Shown here piece after piece: positions 33,709 to 44,741 of a stretch of DNA of 64,000 bases; position 1 is the stretch's first letter, and the number at the start of each line of letters is the position of its first letter. The notes beneath the pieces were generated by a model. The model saw only the letters and a list, made by a program, of their open reading frames with translations, searched no databases and was not told where the DNA came from. The DNA comes from Williopsis jadinii (Eukaryota): contig AP024664.1 of the NCBI GenBank assembly GCA_024346625.1, forward strand, positions 744,001-808,000, given 5' to 3'. Made by a program: the position numbers and the translations under genes.

Positions 33709-36114
33709 ATGGCGGCTAAGCAAACAGACATGGAGGACTCCCTGGACCACCTACAGGGGCTGATCCACGAGGTTGAGATGGACTGGAGGCAGGTGATGGC
33801 GCCTAGTGCGAACCCGCTGGACATAGCGCTACCGCTGTTGGACAACACGTCTGTCGGTTTGGCACATCGGAGAGGGGAGTTCAACGAGTTGAAGGACAAC
33901 ATCGAAGACGGGTTGCGTGAGGCGGTGAAACAGAACTATGAAGCCTTCAATGAGAGCGTCGGCTCGTACCGAGACGTTGTGAACTTTGTCGCCAATTCCA
34001 GATCGGTAGTGAATGCTATCCAGGACCGGGTGGAGCAGATCGAACACAGGGAAAGAGGTGACATTGCGACGATGACTTCGCTCAACGAGAATTTCAAAGT
34101 GTATAACGAGATGATTGAGATTCTCACGATCATCGAGAGCATTAAGAAGACTCCTCATGAGTTGGAGTCGGTGTTGGCTGAGAAGAACTACGGTAAGGCG
34201 GAGAGCATTTTACACACGATCGAGGAGAGTGCACAGAAATACAACCTTTGGGAGTTACCAGCGTTGAAAAACATGAGAGATTACTTCCAGACTCAACGAG
34301 AACAGCTCTTTGGGATCCTGGTGGAGGAGGTTGTTCATACGATCTTTTCCAAGAGACAGTTTTCGAGTTTCAACACAGTGAATAACCTGTTAAAGTCATC
34401 GGCAAATGCTTTGGAACATTCGAACATCGAACAGTTTTTGGCCAATTCTATCGAGACAGATATTACGCAGGCTTCGTCCATCAACCACACAGAAGTGGAG
34501 AACTTTATCAATAACTTGTCGCTGGATCCATCGTCGCTGGACAGTGATCAAAGAGGCGCTGATGATATCTCCACACTTGACGATTCGAATCCATTTAACC
34601 AAATTCTTCAACTCATGTTGATTGTTGCAAAATTGGGCAAATTAGCACAAATGGTTGATATCATACTGCGGAGATTCTCCACGGAGTTGAACTTGTTGAT
34701 CAACAGAATAACAGAAGATACAAAGATCAAACATGCCAAGCTGATTAAAGTTCTAAACTCCAACGACGTAGGACCGAGGGTTGCGCAGGAGAACTTTTCT
34801 GGTGTTGTGCTACAAGATTTGTTCTGGAACTGCTTCAAAAAATCCTTATTCTTGTTACAATCGATAAGAATTATGACGGAGATTCACATGAAATTCGAGG
34901 ACATCCATTTCGATGCATCCCAGGCAACAGTGGCTACTGTCTTAGAGAGGTTTTGGGCAATTATCCACAAGGAACTGAACAGCGTCATATTATCATACAT
35001 TACTGATACTCATTCTGGTGCCATCAACAGTAAATTAACAAATACCACCAGTCTCACGAAGGGCAAGCAAAACATTTTCAGCTTATATAAAGTTGAGTAC
35101 GATAAGGCACAGACAATGCAGTTAAAAGTTGCCCTTCAGGACTTGTTCCCAGGTTTCATTAACACACAGGATACATCGTACATTGATTCACCCTATATCG
35201 AGGACAACAAATTTTTGAAGCAATCCAAAATCGTGCAACCTGATGTTTTGAACATGAGGTTCATGTTGGAACCATTTTTGTTGTTCATTGAAGGCTCAAG
35301 TCTTTTATTCACTAACCAGAACTCAAACATTCCTCTGAAGTTTTTTACGGAGGTGATGCACGATGAATTTTTACCCTTATTAGAGGATAGAATTGTCGAC
35401 CTTTACTCAGATGCAGTGGATGGAATTGAACCGTTATCATTTTTTGAGCCTGAGACCAAGATAGACGTGTTAATGGGAGAAGCCGAAGAACCTGAAATCA
35501 AGAGATTTGCAATTTTCATCGAGTTTAAGCAATTCATGAATAGATTGTTGTTCAACCTCAACGCTTCTTTACAATTCCGTGAAGAGTTTATTCCAGTGTT
35601 GTTCAAAGTGTTCACCATGTTCCACGACAAGATTGAAGATCTTTACAAAGAGCTCTTTACCGATTTGGTTAGTTTCTTGGAGCCAAATAGGGACCTGATC
35701 AATGCAATTCGTAACAAGGAGCGCGTCACACAAGCCATGCTTGGCAAGGTAGACGTTGTTGATTTGAAAAACTCCAAAATACGGACGTATTTCAAGATTT
35801 ACCGCAGTTCTTTGGACCTGTTGATCGAGTGGTTTGACCATTACCTTATCCGCACCATCGACCTGAACAAGACAGATCTTAACGTTACACAGGTTGAGAA
35901 ACTGCGTAAGACGTGGTTCTTTTTCCAATTCCAGAGTATGACCTCCAACAACAATCAAGGCGACGACCCACCTGACTTGGAACATTCGTGTAAGTTGATC
36001 TTAAACGATGAATTGAGGTTGAAATTCAACAACGAAGTTGTGTTGGAGTACAAGAAATTACAAGCCGATGTTATGGAAGTATTGAGAGTTTGCTATCAAG
36101 CTGTTCATCTTTGA
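33709..36114 (+). CDS. SEC8: Exocyst subunit Sec8 (801 aa, apparently short at the C-terminus)
   Basis: Sec8 N-terminal domain 'W..VM..SANPLDIALPLLDNTSVGLAHR..F','FNESVGSY'; 'PDVLNMRFMLEPFLLF'. Confidence 0.85.
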   Translation: MAAKQTDMEDSLDHLQGLIHEVEMDWRQVMAPSANPLDIALPLLDNTSVGLAHRRGEFNELKDNIEDGLREAVKQNYEAFNESVGSYRDVVNFVANSRSVVNAIQDRVEQIEHRERGDIATMTSLNENFKVYNEMIEILTIIESIKKTPHELESVLAEKNYGKAESILHTIEESAQKYNLWELPALKNMRDYFQTQREQLFGILVEEVVHTIFSKRQFSSFNTVNNLLKSSANALEHSNIEQFLANSIETDITQASSINHTEVENFINNLSLDPSSLDSDQRGADDISTLDDSNPFNQILQLMLIVAKLGKLAQMVDIILRRFSTELNLLINRITEDTKIKHAKLIKVLNSNDVGPRVAQENFSGVVLQDLFWNCFKKSLFLLQSIRIMTEIHMKFEDIHFDASQATVATVLERFWAIIHKELNSVILSYITDTHSGAINSKLTNTTSLTKGKQNIFSLYKVEYDKAQTMQLKVALQDLFPGFINTQDTSYIDSPYIEDNKFLKQSKIVQPDVLNMRFMLEPFLLFIEGSSLLFTNQNSNIPLKFFTEVMHDEFLPLLEDRIVDLYSDAVDGIEPLSFFEPETKIDVLMGEAEEPEIKRFAIFIEFKQFMNRLLFNLNASLQFREEFIPVLFKVFTMFHDKIEDLYKELFTDLVSFLEPNRDLINAIRNKERVTQAMLGKVDVVDLKNSKIRTYFKIYRSSLDLLIEWFDHYLIRTIDLNKTDLNVTQVEKLRKTWFFFQFQSMTSNNNQGDDPPDLEHSCKLILNDELRLKFNNEVVLEYKKLQADVMEVLRVCYQAVHL

Positions 36115-36342
36115 AAGAACTTGTTGGGAGTATAGACAAAAACTTAGACATTTATTGTATTATCGTTATCTTTGTTGTAGCGATGGATCTGTGTCGGTTG
36201 TGTAGTGAGCGTTGGATGAAAAATTAGCAGCCCGCCAGGACGAGATGAAAAAAAATACACACAGCACACGTACAGATTGTAGTTTAGACGGACTAATGAG
36301 TTTGTTGACCCAAGTTTACTTTGAAGTTTAGCTCCTTAAACC

Positions 36343-36787
36343 ATGGAATTGGTGAGTTCATTTTCGTTACACCGAGAAGATCATCTAATGCTAACCAAAA
36401 TGATAGCTTCCTGAAGGCCAACAGAACCAAGTCGAGGTTCTTTTCTCTGATCAGCAAAAGATCAACGAATTCTCAAAACTAATCCAAAGAAAGGACAAAT
36501 TAACCAGCATATTAGAGAAACAAAATCAGGAGAAGGAATATCTGGACGATGTATCTATGGAGATTGAGCTTTTGGACGAGGACGAACTGGTGAATTACAA
36601 GATCTCTAGTGCATTTGTAAAGCTGAGCCAAGAGGAGGTTGTTGAAAGGTTAGAGAAGGATACACAGCTTGTTGAGACGGAGATTGAAGCGTTACAAGAC
36701 AAGCTCAGTATCATAGAATCGAGACTATCTGAGTTGAAGACCGATTTGTATACAAAGTTCGGCAAAAATATCAACCTGGAGCGTTGA
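36343..36787 (+). CDS. GIM3: Prefoldin subunit 4; exons 36343-36351 and 36407-36787
   Basis: Spliced MEL|LPEGQQNQVEVLFSDQQKINEFSKLI...LYTKFGKNINLER matches Gim3; intron 36352-36406 GTGAGT / TGCTAAC / TAG. Confidence 0.93.
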
Positions 36788-36905
36788 GCTGTCCAGAATA
36801 CTACACGTTGTCCCTTCAAAAAATGACATATATGTATGTAGAATTTGTTTCTGTTTTCTCTGTCTCGTTACTTCATGCTCAGCGGAGCCAAGGGCATTAT
36901 TAAAC

Positions 36906-37369
36906 CTAGGCGTAGTTATGAACTTCTGAGTCCTTCTCGATGAAGAACGGGTATTTCTCATCACTTAGCTCCTTCACAGAGTTCAATGTCACATCATCAG
37001 GCACGGAAAACCCAAAGCCAGTTAACAACGTCGTGTAGTCGTACTTGATAGTGCCACCGAGTTTGATGATGTTCTCTCTCACTGATTGGACATATCTTGA
37101 GGCAGGCGGGGGGAGGGTTAGTTAATGAGACAAAAGGAAAAAACACACCACAGCGAAGTACATAGAGATATACTTACTCATTTGGAGTCACTTGACCTTG
37201 TTCAAAAATGAGGATGTATGAGTCTTTGAAGCGTTAGTGAATCGATAAAGGAACAATAACAGCGAAACCGGACAAAAATGGCCTGTAGTCAGCGTGCACG
37301 GCGGTCCAACTCACCTGCCAGCGCTAAGCAGAGAGTGCATAGCAACAGCGATAACGATTTGAAGTTCAT
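36906..37369 (-). CDS. Peptidase inhibitor I9 (Pbi2/POIA-like) protein with signal peptide, 96 aa; exons 37369-37315, 37223-37178, 37095-36906
   Basis: Spliced product MNFKSLSLLLCTLCLALADSYILIFEQGQVTPNEYVQSVRENIIKLGGTIKYDYTTLLTGFGFSVPDDVTLNSVKELSDEKYPFFIEKDSEVHNYA; both introns have canonical donor, branch point and first-AG acceptor and keep the frame. Confidence 0.8.
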
Positions 37370-37736
37370 TTGCGTAGTGTGTGCTTGTTTGGTATGAAAC
37401 GCTGTTGAAGATAGCACTAAGTGTTGTGATGTTTTTTGTGTCTTTTTGTATTGTTTTTCCTTGGTGATGATTGTGCGGAGTGGCGAAAGCAAGGGAAATG
37501 ACGGCTTTTCCATACAAAACACACAGCAACAGGGCAACTACATGGGATTTCGATGGATATAGAACGTGAATTTGGTAAAAGATTAAAGAGAAAATGAATA
37601 CTTTATAAAACGACATAGAAACCCAGAAACAAAATAACAATGTTAATGCTGAACGTTTTCTCTCTCTTCCTCAAATGTTGATGTGTTGTAATAGTGGGTA
37701 ATGTTCAGGGGGAGGGGGACTTGTGTTGGGCAGCGC

Positions 37737-38372
37737 TCACGACGCAAACTTTCTGAAATGTCTGATGAAGTCATAGAGCTCCTTGGACATTCTCTCCATC
37801 TCCTTCTCCTCTCTGCGTGATTTGTAACCAACGCGGACTTCGTTGCCTGGTTCTGAAGGTTCTTTGAACGGGATCAGCTTATCAGCCACGAACTGTGGCA
37901 CTTTTGAAAAGTCGTCAAAGGTCTCGAGATTACAAGCAGACTCGTTCCATCTGAGTGGCTTTGTTGGCTGCCTCTTGACTTTCGTCACAGGTCTCTTCAC
38001 AGGTGCGAGGATAGGTCTGAACCCGGAAAAGAAAACGTCCCTCTTCACAGTGTTCAGATCAAGGTACTGCGTGGATGGCACTGAAGGCACCTGCTGCTTG
38101 AGAAGGAACTCCAGGTTATGTGCCCTCACGTTGATGCGCTTCTTCAGCGGTGCGGTCGATACAGAAGCAGAGTCCTTGGTGGACTGACTCGCCGGTTGGA
38201 GTTGGATAGGTTCTGTACCGTCCTCGGCAGACTCAAGCTGGTCCTTGTTGTTTGCCCCGTTCGCGTTATCTTTCTGCGGTGGATGCGATGAATGCCATCT
38301 CTGAGCAACGATGGCGTTTCTAACAGATCTTCTAACGATAGGACGTGGTGTATGCGATACTGAGACAAACAT
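37737..38372 (-). CDS. Hypothetical protein with probable mitochondrial targeting sequence
   Basis: 211 aa; Arg/Ser-rich N-terminus ending 'AQRWHSS'; no family recognised. Confidence 0.65.
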   Translation of the reverse strand: MFVSVSHTPRPIVRRSVRNAIVAQRWHSSHPPQKDNANGANNKDQLESAEDGTEPIQLQPASQSTKDSASVSTAPLKKRINVRAHNLEFLLKQQVPSVPSTQYLDLNTVKRDVFFSGFRPILAPVKRPVTKVKRQPTKPLRWNESACNLETFDDFSKVPQFVADKLIPFKEPSEPGNEVRVGYKSRREEKEMERMSKELYDFIRHFRKFAS

Positions 38373-38797
38373 TACCCTCTCTTTAAGCAGTGTATCAATA
38401 TTTAATATTGCGATTGTAGAGAATCAGATGAAAAGAAGGAAGAGAATGAAAGAAAATGTTGATAAGTTGTTTCCCAGCTCGAATGTGACACCCCCTTTTT
38501 TCCCTCCTTCTTTCTTTTTCTGCCTGTTGCTCTGTGTGCGGTTTCCCGTACGATTGAACCCGGAATCTGTGCTCCGTTGGATGTTGCTTTTCGCCGGGCT
38601 TCCAACAGATCCTTTAGATAAGTGGTATTTCGCAACTGGCGGGAGTCGAACTCGGAACACCTGGTAGCAAAAAGACGGAACCACAAAAATGACAAAGTGA
38701 GTTCTCAACAGAGGGCTAAAAAAAGTTTTGATGGTAAACAACTTCACGAACTCTTTCAAAGCACTTTGATAATGATAAACAGTTGAATGTTCTCGCG

Positions 38798-41479
38798 ATG
38801 GCTTTGAAGAAGAACAAAAAGAAAGGAAAATCTTCAAGGAAGCCCAGCGTATCCCAGACCGCTACGTTGAGCAAACCATTTGATGGCTCAGCCGCCGATA
38901 CAAATGAAGCCACGTTTGGAGACTGGGACCCAATGTTGACGAATTGTCAACATTACCTGAAATACCACAGAGGGTTCGACTCGTGCCAGTTTGAGGGCTT
39001 CAGCATCGATGACGATCCTGCTGATATGTTTCACAAAGCACACATGAAAAGGTTCCACACGGATAACGAACACGTTGGGTTTTGCACTGCAGTAGACGAT
39101 GGCGATGAGGAGCCACCTTTGGGTGATGATGAGGTGCTCGAATTCGAGCACCCGCTGTCAATGGCTGACAGTGCAGTTGATATGCTATACGTATCAAGGA
39201 CACAGAAAAGACACGAGGTTCTTGCAGACTTACTACAGTTCAAAAACACACCAGATCTGAAGGAATTGTTTGTATTCATAGCAACCATCACAGACCCAAT
39301 GACACAGCCAGCGGAAACAGACACACACGTCATAAGCTTGGAATTGCTTTCACAGCTCATAATATCGCTTAAGCTTGATGTTCACTCATCGATAGGTGAA
39401 TTCAACCTTGCACTTAGCCTCTTCAAAATTGTTGAAAGTACGTTAAAGTTGTTGAACTGTGAGGACCAAGTGAAATTACGAGGATTGAACAACTCAGACT
39501 TGAAGATCGATTGGAGGAATAAGCTCAAAGAATGGACACCTGATGGACTGAACCAACAAGACCTTTCACTAATATACATGATTGACTGTGTGTGTCTTTA
39601 TACGATATACAAGATTTACGAATTTAATGACCCAGACCTTTGCATGAATCCATTCCTCGATTTCTTTATAAACCTATGGAAAATCTTTACAAACGTTGTT
39701 CTTCTGGGATTGGAAGTTGATAGACGAGAAGAGGTTGATGGTGAGGAAACGCCAGACATTATCAAGTACGTGATTCGTGGCTCAAGTGCCGTGAGATATG
39801 TGTTGGCGTCGATATTAAACGATGAAGTCAAAGACAGACTACATGATTTCCACCACTTGAATATCAGAGACTTTATGTCTCCCTATGGGAGACGTTGTGG
39901 TACTGCTGCGCTATGCGCAGATGTCAGATGGTATGTGGGTGCCATGCTGGCATTGGGCTCTGATTTGAAAGAAGTTGTTGAGATTCTGGTTGATTTGGAG
40001 CCCAACGATCGATACGATGAAGACGTGAAATATATGTTTACGTACGAATACGAAGATTTCCACCACGAGGAGATGTTTCCAGAGGATTACGAAGCCGGTG
40101 AAATACCAGACGATGACATTATAATGTACTTTGACGAAGATGGCCATTTCCACAGAGTTGTGAGACCGAGATGTACCTGCCAGTTCTTTGACAACGACAT
40201 GGAATCAGAGACACAAGAGAACGAGGAGTTTGACTCCATACCACACGCAGTAAGATCAGACCAAAACATAAAATTTGACGAGCTTGGAAGGGATTGGAGA
40301 GACATTGCACGTGGAGGTAACATTTTCTTCAACCCAGAGTTCCAACTAGATGCGTCAGACTGCTATTCATGGCCTGAGCTGTGTCAAATATTCGATGAGA
40401 TGGTGGAGCATCAGGTGACAGACGAAATCTCTACAAAAGTCATAAAGACTATTGCGCGTTCTGTTAAGTTGGAATTGGAGAAGGAAATCACAGACACAAT
40501 CAGTGATAACACAAATATAATTCCAGAGGATGCCGTGACCACTGACAAGATATACGACAAGTGGAGCTCAGATTGGCCATTTGATGCAATGCTCTCTTTG
40601 AACCCACAATCTTCGTATGCTATGTTGGATGAGATGTTCATGGCAAATGGGTATAGACGTGTCCTTATTTGGTTCCTGACCCATATACCTTTATCATTCT
40701 CTCTCATTAACTATATATTTGAATTGTTGGAAGGGCTGAGAGGAGAGGGGAGGATCTCTAAAAAGTTCAAGTTTTCAAGACAGGGCCCTTTGGAGTTGTC
40801 TGAAATTGAAAAGTCGATGTTACTTCATGAACTTTTAGGCAACTGCACGATTTACATCTCAAAGGTTACGAATGATGGGAAGCCCTCATCTTCACAGAAT
40901 TATACCGATGTGGAGAGGTGTGTGAAGATCATTAAACTGCTTTGTCTCATGATCCAAAAACTGATTGATACCGATGACATCGACATTGAGGAATACAAAG
41001 TCGGGATAACAAGTCTTTTAATCAATTGGATAGGTATAATACCCGAGGCCAAGGATCTATTCTTCAGAATCAACAATAATATAGGAAAAGACGAGATATC
41101 CGAACCTATAAAGACACACGAGGCACAATTAGGCACAGAACCAAAGCACGCATCGATACCAAATCAACGCCAGCCATCAATGAAACATCGCAAATTCAGT
41201 CCCGAGTTGAAGGAATCTTTGAGCAACGTCATCAAGAAGCTGGACAATGGCTCTTTCCTCTTTCGTCCGTTCTTTGAACTCATAGAAGGTGGAAATTCTA
41301 GCGATGCACCAGAAGCAGAAGTCGCAGCCCCACCACAGTTCAAATTGAGCCCGGAGAATATCATTGCTGACACGCAAACACCAAAGTACATTCCTGGAGA
41401 ACTAAGACCGCTCATAAGAGATGAGAATGCTGATCATCTCATTGCAGAACAAGCACTAATGGAGCCCTATGATGTGTGA
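38798..41479 (+). CDS. CAF130: CCR4-NOT complex subunit Caf130
   Basis: 'DPMTQP..THVISLE', 'GLNQQDLSLIYMID', 'FMSPYGR', 'DRYDEDVKYMF.YE', 'GYRRVLIWFLTH' resemble Caf130; ATG at 38798. Confidence 0.85.
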   Translation: MALKKNKKKGKSSRKPSVSQTATLSKPFDGSAADTNEATFGDWDPMLTNCQHYLKYHRGFDSCQFEGFSIDDDPADMFHKAHMKRFHTDNEHVGFCTAVDDGDEEPPLGDDEVLEFEHPLSMADSAVDMLYVSRTQKRHEVLADLLQFKNTPDLKELFVFIATITDPMTQPAETDTHVISLELLSQLIISLKLDVHSSIGEFNLALSLFKIVESTLKLLNCEDQVKLRGLNNSDLKIDWRNKLKEWTPDGLNQQDLSLIYMIDCVCLYTIYKIYEFNDPDLCMNPFLDFFINLWKIFTNVVLLGLEVDRREEVDGEETPDIIKYVIRGSSAVRYVLASILNDEVKDRLHDFHHLNIRDFMSPYGRRCGTAALCADVRWYVGAMLALGSDLKEVVEILVDLEPNDRYDEDVKYMFTYEYEDFHHEEMFPEDYEAGEIPDDDIIMYFDEDGHFHRVVRPRCTCQFFDNDMESETQENEEFDSIPHAVRSDQNIKFDELGRDWRDIARGGNIFFNPEFQLDASDCYSWPELCQIFDEMVEHQVTDEISTKVIKTIARSVKLELEKEITDTISDNTNIIPEDAVTTDKIYDKWSSDWPFDAMLSLNPQSSYAMLDEMFMANGYRRVLIWFLTHIPLSFSLINYIFELLEGLRGEGRISKKFKFSRQGPLELSEIEKSMLLHELLGNCTIYISKVTNDGKPSSSQNYTDVERCVKIIKLLCLMIQKLIDTDDIDIEEYKVGITSLLINWIGIIPEAKDLFFRINNNIGKDEISEPIKTHEAQLGTEPKHASIPNQRQPSMKHRKFSPELKESLSNVIKKLDNGSFLFRPFFELIEGGNSSDAPEAEVAAPPQFKLSPENIIADTQTPKYIPGELRPLIRDENADHLIAEQALMEPYDV

Positions 41480-41629
41480 TTAGCGTCTATAACATGCGAG
41501 GAATTAGTTTCCTAATCGGGATGGCATCGTGCATATGTAGAAGTAAATTCCGCGTCCCCAGTATATAAAAGACGGAACCTGTCTCAGCTTTCCATTGATG
41601 AAGAGGATTGTCACGGGCTGTGCTACGCA

Positions 41630-42883
41630 ATGAAACCATCATCAGTCTTACTAGTTGCCACTGCAACATCACTTGCCACTGCTCATAAAGAGCCAGACTA
41701 CGTTTTAGACCCATCAATTGAGTTTGAAAAGAAGCCAACGCTTGAAGACCTATGGGGAGAAGATTGGCCATTTGCCGGTATCAACACCTTTGCTCATCTG
41801 CCAACCACCAGATGTCTTACAAACCCTGAAGAGGAGTTCGACATTGCTCTTATCGGCATGCCATTTGACACAGCGGTCTCGTATAGAGCCGGTGCAAGAT
41901 TTGGGCCTCGTGGTATTAGGGCAGCGTCCCAACGTCAAACTTCACTACGCGGTTTCAACGCCAGGGCAGGGATTAATCCATATGACTCGTGGGCAAAGGT
42001 TATCGACTGTGGCGACATGCCAATCACTCCCATGGACAACAACTTGGCCTTAAAGCAAATGACCATGGGATATCGTGAGCTTTTGAAGCGCAAGACTGGT
42101 GACGAGAAACACATTCCAAGATTGATCTCACTTGGAGGAGACCACTCTATCATCCTACCAGCTCTAAGAGCTATACATGACAAGTACGGCAAAGTGACAC
42201 TGATCCATTTCGATGCCCATTTGGATACGTGGCTACCGGACAAGTATCCGTCCCATTGGCACTCTGACCAAGCTCAGTTCACTCACGGCTCTATGCTTTG
42301 GATGGCATATGAAGAAGGCCTCCTATCAAACAACACCAATGTCCATGTTGGCTTGAGAACAAGACTGAGTGACTACGGTGATTACGAGGACGATGACGTA
42401 CAGGGGTTCGCAAGAATCCATGCAGACGATATCATGACTATGGGCATTGACGGTATCGTCAGCAAGATCAAGAGAAGAATACCGTCTGACGAGCCTGTGT
42501 ATCTCTCCATTGACATTGATGTGATCGATCCAGGTTTGGCACCGGGAACCGGCACACCAGAAGTAGGCGGGTTTCTCACCAGAGAGTTGATCCAGATGCT
42601 CAGAAAGCTCGAAGACTTGAACATCGTTGGCGCAGATATCGTCGAAGTTAACCCTTCGTACGACCACGCAGAAATCACCACGCTCGCTGCCGCACAAATC
42701 GCCTACGAGGTGATAACCAACATGGTTAAGAGGGGTCCATTGGAGTTTGGCCATGACTCTGAGGCTTCCAACAAGCCTGAAACACCACTTACAGGTGATT
42801 CTCCAGGGCTCTTCGAGCAGCTGCCAGACATGAACTTGGGCCAAAAATTCCTGGAGAAAATCACTGCAAATATCAGAGATTAG
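41630..42883 (+). CDS. Ureohydrolase (agmatinase/guanidinobutyrase family) with N-terminal signal-like peptide
   Basis: [39 protein letters not shown] Mn-binding motifs. Confidence 0.9.
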   Translation: MKPSSVLLVATATSLATAHKEPDYVLDPSIEFEKKPTLEDLWGEDWPFAGINTFAHLPTTRCLTNPEEEFDIALIGMPFDTAVSYRAGARFGPRGIRAASQRQTSLRGFNARAGINPYDSWAKVIDCGDMPITPMDNNLALKQMTMGYRELLKRKTGDEKHIPRLISLGGDHSIILPALRAIHDKYGKVTLIHFDAHLDTWLPDKYPSHWHSDQAQFTHGSMLWMAYEEGLLSNNTNVHVGLRTRLSDYGDYEDDDVQGFARIHADDIMTMGIDGIVSKIKRRIPSDEPVYLSIDIDVIDPGLAPGTGTPEVGGFLTRELIQMLRKLEDLNIVGADIVEVNPSYDHAEITTLAAAQIAYEVITNMVKRGPLEFGHDSEASNKPETPLTGDSPGLFEQLPDMNLGQKFLEKITANIRD

Positions 42884-43204
42884 CCCATGAACGGCTATCC
42901 AACGGCTATACCACGGAGACGTGATAAATAGGACCATAAATACACCAATTTTAGGCATAATTGCACGACGAATAGTAGCAACTCCGACCAGTCACAAGAC
43001 CTGGTTACCGGAAACAGATAATTGCCGCATTGGGACATTTTCCGAGAGTTTCCCTCTGTTTTCCTCCTTCCAGCGCAAAAAATTGAACGGAACCGCCAGA
43101 GCAAAGAAAGCGCTGAGAAAAGAACAGCACTCCCTTGCTGTTTTTAGGCCATTTGGTGACTGCTTGAGAGCGTAAAGAGTGTTTAGTGCTGTGGTTTTAT
43201 CAGT

Positions 43205-44641
43205 ATGAGGCTGCTTAGTTGTGCGAAATATGTGTCGCTGGCACTGGTGGCTAGCGCGTTCCAGATGCCACTGTTAGATACCCTCCAATCACAGATTACA
43301 AGCTACCTGTCGCAGGCACATGTTGCAGAAGAGGACGGCCCGGTTTCGCACGGTGGCAATGGCCACGGTGGCAATGACGCCAGCTATAGAGATGTTCCAC
43401 GGGAGCTATGGGCTCTGGACTATACACAGTATGAAGGAGACAAGATTGTGCGTGTGCGGATGAACGAGGAGACGAAACACCTCGTCATGGGAATGCGTGA
43501 AGTGTACGACCAGTGGGAAGGGAATGATGAGTTTGTCGATTTCAGAGTGCCATCCGAGGACATTCCACTGCTACAGGAACACCTTGACTGTGAGATTATG
43601 ATCGATGACCTTGGACAAGCCGTCTATGAGACTTTCCCGAAGGTTGCTGAGGAGCTCAAGCTGGAGACAACTGACGATTTCCAGGCAATGACCGATTTGT
43701 TCTTCAAGGAGTACAGACCTTTGAACACGATCTACTCCTGGCTGGACATGATGAAGGAGACGTTCCCTGACTTTGTCGAGATTGAGTGGCTGGGCCAAAC
43801 GTACGAGGGCCGTGATATGAAGGCATTGCATCTGAGCGTTGACAAGGGATTAAACCCAGATAAGAAGACGATTGTTCTCACAGCAGGAGTCCATGCCAGG
43901 GAGTGGATCAGTACATCAACGGCACTATTCACCATCTTCAAGTTACTGACAGAGTATGGCCACAGTAAGAAGGAGACGAGATACCTGGAGCAGTTGGACT
44001 TCCTCATCGTTCCTGTTTTCAACCCTGATGGATACGCATACTCATGGAGCCAGGACCGTCTATGGCGTAAGAACAGACAAGAGACGTACATTCCACGTTG
44101 CTTCGGTATTGATATTGACCGTTCTTTTGGCTATCACTGGACCAAATCAGAGGACTATCCATGTGGTGAATCCTACTCCGGCGAAGCAGCCTTTGAGGCG
44201 ATTGAAGCTGAGAACCTGGACACCTACATCAACGTCACGAGAAAGGATCACCAAATCTACGGCTTCTTGGATCTGCACTCATACACACAGAAGATCCTCT
44301 GCCCGTATGCATACTCGTGTGATGAACAACCAAGGGACATTGAAAACCTGTTGGAATTGGCGTATGGAATTTCCAAGTCCATCCGTCTCAGGTACGGTAA
44401 ACATTATGAGGTATTACCGGCTTGTAAGGACCGTGGTGTGGACATCATGCCAGGCCTTGGAGCCGGCTCTGCGTTGGACTTTATGTATCATAACAGAGCG
44501 CACTGGGCATTCCAGCTGAAGTTGAGAGACACTGGTTCCCATGGATTCCTACTACCTTCTGAGTTCATTGTGCCGGTAGGAAAGGAGATATACGCTGCAG
44601 TTAAATACTTCTGCGAGTTCATTCTCAATCCAGATCTATAG
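43205..44641 (+). CDS. ECM14: M14 metallocarboxypeptidase homolog Ecm14 (pseudopeptidase)
   Basis: Signal and propeptide; HAREW, NPDGY, WRKNR, LDLHSY; 'QLKLRDTG' has Lys at the catalytic Glu position, as in Ecm14. Confidence 0.9.
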   Translation: MRLLSCAKYVSLALVASAFQMPLLDTLQSQITSYLSQAHVAEEDGPVSHGGNGHGGNDASYRDVPRELWALDYTQYEGDKIVRVRMNEETKHLVMGMREVYDQWEGNDEFVDFRVPSEDIPLLQEHLDCEIMIDDLGQAVYETFPKVAEELKLETTDDFQAMTDLFFKEYRPLNTIYSWLDMMKETFPDFVEIEWLGQTYEGRDMKALHLSVDKGLNPDKKTIVLTAGVHAREWISTSTALFTIFKLLTEYGHSKKETRYLEQLDFLIVPVFNPDGYAYSWSQDRLWRKNRQETYIPRCFGIDIDRSFGYHWTKSEDYPCGESYSGEAAFEAIEAENLDTYINVTRKDHQIYGFLDLHSYTQKILCPYAYSCDEQPRDIENLLELAYGISKSIRLRYGKHYEVLPACKDRGVDIMPGLGAGSALDFMYHNRAHWAFQLKLRDTGSHGFLLPSEFIVPVGKEIYAAVKYFCEFILNPDL

Positions 44642-44741
44642 GAGCCGTTACTGTTGTTAAGCTGGTGGTTGGTATTTTTCTGTAATGAATTTGTTAGGAA
44701 AGGGTATTTATATTAGTGTTGTCTCTTGTTATGAAATGGTG

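Noticed and set aside
44500..44540. Catalytic Glu-to-Lys change in the carboxypeptidase as a novelty
   Set aside because: Already a known conserved feature of fungal Ecm14
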